Positions 55,881-64,000 of a DNA stretch of 64,000 nucleotides are shown piece by piece. The notes below the pieces were generated by a model. It saw nothing but the letters and a program-made list of their open reading frames with translations. It was not told the DNA's origin and searched no databases. The DNA is taken from positions 182,584,971 to 182,648,970 of the forward strand of contig NC_068981.1 in NCBI RefSeq assembly GCF_001194135.2, given 5' to 3'. This DNA comes from Octopus bimaculoides (taxonomy: Eukaryota). The stretch's first letter is position 1. Every line of letters begins with the position of its first letter. The position numbers and the translations under genes are program-made.

Positions 55881-56205
55881 TCATCATCATCATCATCATC
55901 GTTTAACGTCCGCTTTCCATGCTAGCATGGGTTGGACGATTTGACTGAGGACTGGTGAAACCGGATGGCAACACCAGGCTCCAGTCTAATTTGGCAGAGT
56001 TTCTACAGCTGGATGCCCTTCCTAACGCCAACCACTCAGAGAGTGTAGTGGGTGCTTTTACGTGTCACCCGCACGAAAACGGCCACGCTCGAAATGGTGT
56101 CTTTTATGTGCCACCCGCACAAGCCAGTCCAGGGGCACTGGCAACGATCTCGCTCGAAAATCCTACGGGAGCCAGTCAGGCGGTACTGGCAACGGCCACG
56201 CTCCA
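55881..56205 (-). mobile_element. Young (ATG)n-tailed SINE (RTE-type tail; reads (CAT)n on the + strand)
   Basis: Near-identical over about 190 bp to 63809-64000 (I count 1 mismatch) and to 57481-57680 (opposite strand). Many older copies occur across the window, for example 24247-24598, 25958-26170, 36251-36533 and 41919-42121. Confidence 0.88.
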
Positions 56206-57480
56206 CTCTAGAATATAAAAGACAATGACTGGATCGGATTGGAGCCTGGTGCAGCCTACTGGCTTGCCAGTCCTCAGTCAAACCGTCAAACCTATGCTAG
56301 CAAGCATGGATAGCAGACGTCAAACAATGATGATGAAAGAGAACTACAACAGAATTTGNNNNNNNNNNGATGAAAGAGAACTACAACAGAATTTGAAACT
56401 TAGAAACACTAGACTGGAGCCCAGAAAGCAACTGGTCAAGTTTCTTCCCCTTCTTCTCCTCTATATTTATAAATGCAACCTAATTGGTTTCAAACACTGC
56501 ATAGTTTTAATATACACACTTGAACCTGTATGTATGGTATACAAAATAATACAATTAAAAAAAAAGGGTCAAAACACTGTGATATTAATATTTTAAATGT
56601 GCTACCGGTGTACAAGATATAAGGTTGTACGAAATCTTTATAAATATATAGGCAAGGGCTGTACAAAATGGAGGGAAGTATGTCTGCTATCTGGGGTTTT
56701 TAGTGGCTGTCTGTAGTAATTTCACTTAGATCACTAATACCCTACAGAAAATAAATAAATGTTAGTGACATAAACCCATTTCCTATCTTGTGTACATGTT
56801 AATTAAAAAAAAAAAAAGGAAAAAAAATTTAGAAAGGTGTCCTACATATTTAAATGCAAAGTTAGTTAAACATTTGATACTGGGTGGGGTTGTACAAATA
56901 TAGAACAGGCCTAAACAAGGATAGCCATCGTTTATGATTAACATGATGAAAAAGAAATTAACCACTTCTCTCATAATTTTCCACTTAAATGGGACACTAC
57001 ATTGAAATAATATAGCTTGTTTGATTTGAAGGAAAATGAAATGTTGGAGTGAAAGTATTAAATTCTCTAAGAAAAATGTGCAAATGAGTTGGCTCAGTGT
57101 TTTTGTATATATTAAGAAGGTTAGCAGGATCAAGCTAACACTGTTCTAAACTCAACTCATAGTAATTTTTAATTTAGTCCAATATGTATTTATTTCTATG
57201 TAGGTATAAAGATTTACAGGTTTATACAAACGGGCTGAATGAAATAGCAAGAATGAAGGGAGAATAAATGACATTTTTAGTTGGGTAAAAAGTGATGGGG
57301 TGAAATACAATGAGAAATTTCATAAAGAAATGAATGAAAAATATTTTTCCTAATTAACAATCAAAACTTTTTTCTTAAAGAAAAAAACTCAACAGTGATA
57401 CACTTTGTTTTATCTACTAGAAATTACGAAGAAATTTTTCTTCTAAATAATTAACTTTTGTTGAGAAAATCATTTATGGT

Positions 57481-57680
57481 CCGTGCGGGTGACACGTAAA
57501 AGCACCCACTAGACTCTCTGAGTGGTTGGCGTTAGGAAGGGCATCCAGCTGTAGAAAGTCTGCCAAATTAGATTGGAGCCTGGTGTTGCCATCCGGTTTC
57601 ACCAGTCCTCAGTCAAATCGTCCAACCCATGCTAGCATGGAAAGCGGACGTTAAACGATGATGATGATGATGATGATGAT
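57481..57680 (+). mobile_element. Young (ATG)n-tailed SINE, 3' part
   Basis: Reverse complement of 55890-56085 with only a few differences; ends gttaaacgatgatgatg. Confidence 0.88.
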
Positions 57681-58100
57681 GAGGTGCAGGTGTGGCTGTG
57701 TGATAAGAAGTCTCCGGGTTCAGTGCCACTGTGTAGGACTTTGGGTTAGTGCTTTTCTACTATGGCCTCGGGCCAATCAGAGCCTCGTGAGTGGGTTTGG
57801 TAAACGGAAATTGAAAGCTCGTTGTGTGCATCCGTCCATCCCACCACCGCTTGACAACTAGTGTTGGTGTGTTTATGTCTCGCAACTTAGCAGTTCGGCC
57901 AAAAAGATCGATCAAATAAATACCAGGCTTTAAAAAAACAAGTAGTGGTTGATACATTCGACTAAAAATTCTGGCCGCAGTCTAATCACTGAAAGAGGTA
58001 AAAAATAAAATAATTTATGGTAAAAATTTAAGTTTGCGATTCAACGTGACGAATTTAATTATCCCTCTTTTAATGTCACAAATAAATAGAATTCGAAGTA

Positions 58101-58279
58101 CAGTAATCCCTCCACTATCGCGGGTGTTACGTTCCAGAAATAATTAAAATCTAAAAAAAAATAATAAATACCTAACGGCCGCAGAAACCCGCGATATAAA
58201 TTTACGTATATTAGCCAGAAAAATTCGCGATGTACTGAGTGTGCGATAAGTGAACTGTGAAATGGCGAGGGAATAAACT
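58101..58279. mobile_element. pogo/Tigger-like MITE relic
   Basis: TA then cagtaatccctccactatcgcgg; degenerate right end gaaatggcgagggaataaact. Confidence 0.5.
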
Positions 58280-61200
58280 AAGGAAGTAGACACCGAGTAC
58301 TCCGAGGTGTTTATTAAAAACAAATTAAAATAAACGCATAACACACATATATACTTCTGCGCATGCATTACTGTACGTATACCTATTCAAAGTTTCTGAT
58401 ATGAGTACATTGAAAGATAAGGAGAATGGAGTGAGAGAAAACGAAACAGAAACTATATAACAATGGCTAAAAAGACTGGTTTCGAGAAAATAATTAAAAT
58501 ATTTATAAATGACAAAAGGAAGAATCGAAACCGTAGGAGGCGGTTGGACGTATTTAAGCTGGTATTAAATAGAAATTGCTGATAACAAGATACCAACGGA
58601 CGTGTGGGTTTTAAGTAGGAATTATAAATACATAAGGAGGTTGGATAAGCGATTGTGTAGGCTGGGCTGAGTTAACAGAAGTTGATGGTAGTATAGTAAG
58701 AATCAATGAACTTTGTTTAATATATATACATAGTGTCGTTTGAAAAGACTTGAATAACTAACGTAAAAATCTCACTTGGCTAGCCAAGGAGCAGAGGTAA
58801 CATTCTGTATTATTCATGAAACAGATTCAACTAAACAAGGATCGAAAATAAACTGAATACTCAGCTTAACTAGATATAAATTAAAATGTTAACAAACGTA
58901 AGAGGCTGGGAGATACCATAATGAATGCTGGTTAACAGACGTCGGCAGACAATTTAATTTTATAACTCATTAACGAAAAATAACAGAGGCGGGGAAAAAC
59001 TTTAAATATCAATAAATAATTTTTTTCTTTTTAATTAAATCATGTTAGTTTTTCACTATAGGAAAAAAAGACAATATACAAACAAAACCGGATTTGATAA
59101 ACAAACTTCCAATAAAACTGAATATTTTCCCCTTTTGCTTGATCAGGAACTCTATCGTTGTGTTGATAAATAATTAAATAAGTGAACTAACTACAAGTAA
59201 CTTAAATATTTCTAAATATCATTTAACCAACCTACTGACAACTTTTGTCTTAGTAATTTACAAGGTATTGATTATATATAACACTGATGATTTGAGAGAT
59301 GGTAGGGTCTATGAGAGATTAACATCTCAAAAAAAAAAAAAAAAAAAAAACCCTTACAAGTTTTTTCCCGAAATTATTTCATTATACGTAAATAAGGAAA
59401 TTCTAATTATTTTCCATATGGGGCCACCCAACCGTACAAACAAAAACGTGTGTGGAACAAGAATGTTTTCCGATAAATCTGGAAGAATTAAACATTTGCT
59501 GCTATNNNNNNNNNNNNNNNNNNNNNNNNNNNNNNNNNNNNNNNNNNNNNNNNNNNNNNNNNNNNNNNNNNNNNNNNNNNNNNNNNNNNNNNNNNNNNNN
59601 NNNNNNNNNNNNNNNNNNNNNNNNNNNNNNNNNNNNNNNNNNNNNNNNNNNNNNNNNNNNNNNNNNNNNNNNNNNNNNNNNNNNNNNNNNNNNNNNNNNN
59701 NNNNNNNNNNNNNNNNNNNNNNNNNNNNNNNNNNNNNNNNNNNNNNNNNNNNNNNNNNNNNNNNNNNNNNNNNNNNNNNNNNNNNNNNNNNNNNNNNNNN
59801 NNNNNNNNNNNNNNNNNNNNNNNNNNNNNNNNNNNNNNNNNNNNNNNNNNNNNNNNNNNNNNNNNNNNNNNNNNNNNNNNNNNNNNNNNNNNNNNNNNNN
59901 NNNNATATATATGTATGTATGTATGTGTATATGTTTGTCCTGCCCAACATCGCTTGACAACCGATGCTGGTGTGTTTACGTCCCCGTAACTTAGCGGTTC
60001 GGCAAAACACCCCGATAGAATAAGTACTAGGCTTCCAAAGAATAAGTCCTGGGGTCGATTTGCTTGACTAAAGGCGGTGCTCCAGCATGGCCACAGTCAA
60101 ATGACTGAAACAAGTAAAAGAGAGTATGCCTAAACAGCCTTCTCCAATCTCTATTTCAGCCCCAGGTCAATAAGGGTGACACTGCAGAGGAGTGGGAAGA
60201 AGGATATGTTTCTTGGTCGTCAACTTAGGAAGAGAACATGAGCTGGAGTTGCGACCAGAGATGCCCAGGGAACAGCAGTTCGCTGCAGTTTCTGTTACTC
60301 TCTTCTCTCAAGTGGTCCTTACTGACACTCATGTAGCTATTGAGCAGCATTGCCAGGTACATGGCGTTCTGTTTTTGCAATCATGACAGTAGAGATGTGG
60401 ACTAGTTTTGTGTCTTTTGGTGGGAATCATTAGTACTTGTATGTCTGTTATCAACCCAGATCAATCCTTGTTACATTAGCACTCACATCCTGCCACTATT
60501 ATGTCACAAAAATCACAATGAAATAAAGATCAATATGGTTTTGCATGATGCCAGCCAAGGTACAAGTTTCTGGGTAGGTACGTATCAAAGTAATTTTTAG
60601 AATTACCTGTGAGTGCAAATACATAAGATAACCTGCAACTTGCACAATAATCCATTGTATTTCCATGGCTATTGTGTAGTTAACCACTATCATACTGGAA
60701 AAGGACGTAAGCTTTTATAAATATTTAAAAAGGGGCAGTAAGCAAAAAAATAAATAAATAATCTTTTATTGATTTCAGTCATTGCAGTTATGCTGGGGCA
60801 CTGTTTCTAAAGATTTTAGTCAATCATATAACACTCATTAACCTTCATTTGTTTTAAATTATTATTATTATTATTATTAGTAGTAGTAGTAACAGTAGCA
60901 GCAAAGTGGTGAGTTGACAGAATTGTTAACACGACAGGCAAAATGATTTGCAGTATTTCATCCGTCCTTGCATTCTGAGTTCAAATTCTGCTGAGGTCGA
61001 CCTTGCTTTTTATCCTTTAGGGGTTGATGAAACAAGTAGCAGTTACGACTGGGATTGATGTAATCAACTAGCACCCCTCCCTCAAAATTTCAAGCCTTGT
61101 GCCTATAGTAGAGCGGATTATTATCATCATCATCATCATCATCATGAAGGTGGTGAGCCGACAGAGTCATTTGCATGCCAGACAAACTGTTTAGCATGAT

Positions 61201-61503
61201 TTAATTTGTCTTTATGTACCAAGTTCAAATTCCGCAGTGGTTGAAAGGATTATTATTATTATTATTATTATTATTATTGCTATTATTAAGGTAGCAAGCT
61301 GCCAGAACTGTTACCATGCTGGACGAAATGCATAGTGGTGTTTTGCCCGTTGCTACATTCTGAGTTGAAATTCCGCTGAAATCGACTTTGCCTTTCATCC
61401 TTTCGGGGTTGATAAATTAAGTACCAGTTGAGTACTGGAGGTCGATGTAATTAACTAGTCCCCTCTCGCAAAATTTCAAGCCTTGTGCCTATAGTAGAAA
61501 AGA

Positions 61504-61872
61504 TTATTACCTCCACCTTAGTGAAGGCGGAGGTATTGTTTTCAGTTGTGTTCGTTCGTTCGTTTGTTCATCTGTGGACAAGATATCTCAAGAACTGTTC
61601 AATGGATTCGGATGAAACTTTCAGAGATGTATGGCCTCACAACTGGTACAAAATGATTAGATTTTGGGATCGATCCAGTACTGGACAAAGATTCTAGATT
61701 TTTCTTTTTTTTAATCTTAATTTTTGAGAGCGGTCAGGTTCATTTTTAGTATTCTCGTTTGTGAGAGCAGTAGAGTTTATTTCAGATATTCTCATTTTAA
61801 AAACCATCACCGGCTAATCATTGAAAGGATGTTGGTGTTGCCTTGGCGGAGGTTTGTGCTCTCTGAGTGCTC
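61504..61872 (+). mobile_element. Helentron-associated non-autonomous element (HINE/DINE-1-like)
   Basis: 5' stem-loop acctccacctt-agtg-aaggcggaggt, (TTCG/TTTG)n tract near the 5' end, 3' subterminal repeat ccttggcggaggt and short terminal hairpin gtgctctctgagtgc; no TSD, T-rich flanks. Confidence 0.7.
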
Positions 61873-63152
61873 ATTATTATTATTGTTATTCATTTGCAAA
61901 ATTATGTATTCTAATGCCAAACATTATTCACCAAAGATCTAAAATTAGTCTGTGGAATCCAGACTATAACTGGTTTGCATATATTCAGTTAGTGACCTCC
62001 AAATGGCTTTTTTTTTTTTCTTCTTTAAACCTTCTAAATATTGAAGTGGAACTTAGAAAATGAAACTATCAAAAATGCTGAATGAAGTGCCTTTTTGAAA
62101 TTGTAAGTGAATGCTGCTTGAGAATATTCTTGTAGTTCATAAATTCTTTGTCTAAACAACCACAACTTTAGTAAAAGTCTAAATGTGAATATGTACAGTA
62201 GTATGTGTGTTTGTGACCAAAATGAACAATTTCAACTTATATGGTGGGAGCCTCAGCCACAGTCATCTTGTTCTGGGCAGAGTGTTGTTTTCGGTCATTA
62301 TTTGCCTAAGAAATGGGATAGGCTCCAGTATAGTGAACCTGTAAGAGTGTGATAACAATCAACACACACGCTTTTAAAGCAACTTACAAGCATCCAAAAT
62401 ACATTGGGTCATACATTTTATTAACTGACAGCTATGTTTGCTCTTCAAAAACACAATGCGAAACTAATCAGAAACAATTAACAATAATTTGTTTTTCAAT
62501 GAAATGCTTGGGAAGCAGAGCTTAAAATTAATTTATTTTTATTTGTGCAAATAACCATACCATTTTAATTGTCTGATGGCAACATTTGCTACTTTTGGTC
62601 CGTGATTAAAGTGAAACTGTCAAATGCTCTATTAAGTAAAAATATCCACTTATAAAATATGAGAGAGAGAGAGAGAGAGAGAGATACACGTGTATGACTT
62701 ATGGAGACAAAATGTTAAATGTCACAGACTACAAAGAGAAAGTTTTGATATCTGCTGTCAGAGTAGAAAATGATTCAACAAAAATAAATGTCTATAAACC
62801 AAAAAGTCAAGCATTTAAGTACATTACTCATTTTCATAATAACTACAAACATAATGCAGCAAGCCAGCTGAATGATTAATGCAATGAACAAAATGCTTAT
62901 TGGCATTTCTTGCAGATCTTTACATTCTGAGTTTAAATCCTGCCTAGGTCAAATTTGCCTTTCATTTTTCTGGTGCTGATAAAATAAAGTAACAGGCAAG
63001 CATTGGGGTCAATGCAATCGGCTTGCCTTAGCCCCTCAAAATTTCTGACCTTATGCCAAAATTAGAAAGAATTATTTCTACAAAGTATAAGCAAGTCATG
63101 GAATGTCTTTCGGATTGCTAATGTCTTGTGTATGGTCACAGGTCCTTTAGAC

Positions 63153-63447
63153 CAGGGGTTTTCAAACTGTGGTCCGCGGACCACAGGGGATCCGCAAGGA
63201 CAAGACAGGGGGTAAGTAGACAGCAAATACTTTTTATGGGCAATTTGATTTTATATGTTTTTTAATCGAAATCTTTTAATTGACAATAAACCTATTTGTT
63301 AAATACTGTTAAATAAATAAATGCAAAAATATATGTTATTTTAAGCAAATATTTATGTATAAATTTCATAAGCATTTATAAGGGGGTCCCTAAGGTAAAG
63401 CCTGAAATATAAGGGGTCCGCAAGTCAAAAAGTTTTGAAAACCCCTG
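63153..63447. mobile_element. hAT-type MITE (295 bp)
   Basis: TIR caggggttttcaaact / agttttgaaaacccctg; 8-bp TSD ctttagac at 63145-63152 and 63448-63455. Confidence 0.9.
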
Positions 63448-63455
63448 CTTTAGAC

Positions 63456-63642
63456 CAGTATTCCGCAACCTTTTTTCCCCCTGCGATACACTTATATTCT
63501 TTCCAAAATTCAGCAGCACACTTGAACTAAAAATATAACTATAAATATAGGGAAAAAAAAAATATTCAGGTTACACTGCGGCACACCTAGAATCATCTTG
63601 TGGCATACCAGTGTGTGACAGCACACTGGTTGCGGAGCACTA
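63456..63642. mobile_element. Second, unrelated hAT-type MITE (187 bp) abutting the first
   Basis: TIR cagtattccgcaacc / ggttgcggagcacta (12 of 15 match); flanked by ctttagac and ctttagat (63643-63650). Confidence 0.75.
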
Positions 63643-63671
63643 CTTTAGATGATTGCAGTGCCAGTCTAACT

Positions 63672-63808
63672 CACTGTTTCTCAACCTTTTTACCCTGGCA
63701 TAACCCTTAAAATAAATCACACGTCTCAAGGAACCCCTGCACAAAAAAATTATACACCATATCTTTCTCATAAATTTTTTCATCATAGTTCACATGGAAA
63801 ATATTATA
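63672..63808. mobile_element. Third hAT-type MITE, left part (same family as 41097-42198)
   Basis: Starts cactgtttctcaaccttttt after gtctaact; body colinear with about 41100-41228; cut by a SINE at 63809. Confidence 0.7.
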
Positions 63809-64000
63809 TCATCATCATCATCATCATCGTTTAACGTCCGCTTTCCATGCTAGCATGGGTTGGACGATTTGACTGAGGACTGGTGAAACCGGATGGCAAC
63901 ACCAGGCTCCAATCTAATTTGGCAGAGTTTCTACAGCTGGATGCCCTTCCTAACGCCAACCACTCAGAGAGTGTAGTGGGTGCTTTTACGTGTCACCCGC
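63809..64000 (-). mobile_element. Young (ATG)n-tailed SINE, runs off the window, inserted in a hAT MITE
   Basis: Matches 55881-56085. Confidence 0.88.

Noticed and set aside
57190-57268. Plus-strand acceptor followed by YKDLQVYTNGLNEIARMKGE*
   Set aside because: Short, with no recognisable homology and no upstream partner exon.
48073-64000. Search for SUZ12 5' exons (ADHELFLQAFE, KPTQIYR, PIFLHR equivalents)
   Set aside because: I checked the phase-2 donor candidates I could find (for example 50759, 52908, 58382, 59442, 60606) and none translated into SUZ12-like sequence; the exons are probably outside the window or in gaps.

Overview
This is AT-rich, repeat-dense eukaryotic DNA from a draft assembly with ten N gaps. 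The (CAT)n-tailed and tRNA-headed SINE families and the microsatellite load look like an octopus genome (inference from repeat content only). Most of the window is a minus-strand Polycomb gene, SUZ12. I read 12 coding exons by hand (48072 down to 6000); all have GT-AG junctions and phases that join into one frame of about 579 codons, covering the C2 region, the C2H2 zinc finger and the VEFS box. The first exons (ADHELFLQAFE / KPTQIYR equivalents) were not found and must lie beyond 64000 or in a gap. At the left end, the last coding exon of an acyl-CoA thioesterase II (ACOT8/TesB-like) gene lies on the plus strand (987-1096), tail-to-tail with SUZ12. The introns hold SINEs, decayed RTE LINE pieces, piggyBac, mariner, hAT and Tc1/pogo MITEs, a Helentron-associated element and Penelope/hammerhead-like relics. 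Almost all ORFs in the supplied track are spurious (SINE, microsatellite or N-run). The most interesting observations are: a 225-bp palindrome whose arms join a pol III B-box-like segment to a hammerhead-like core; an ambiguous SUZ12 C-terminus (coding-like -1 frame tail, internal splice donor, candidate extra exons); a mariner made of two inverted 5' ends; and hAT MITEs stacked on one TTAGAC-type target. I cannot show from sequence alone that any of these is a new biological system.
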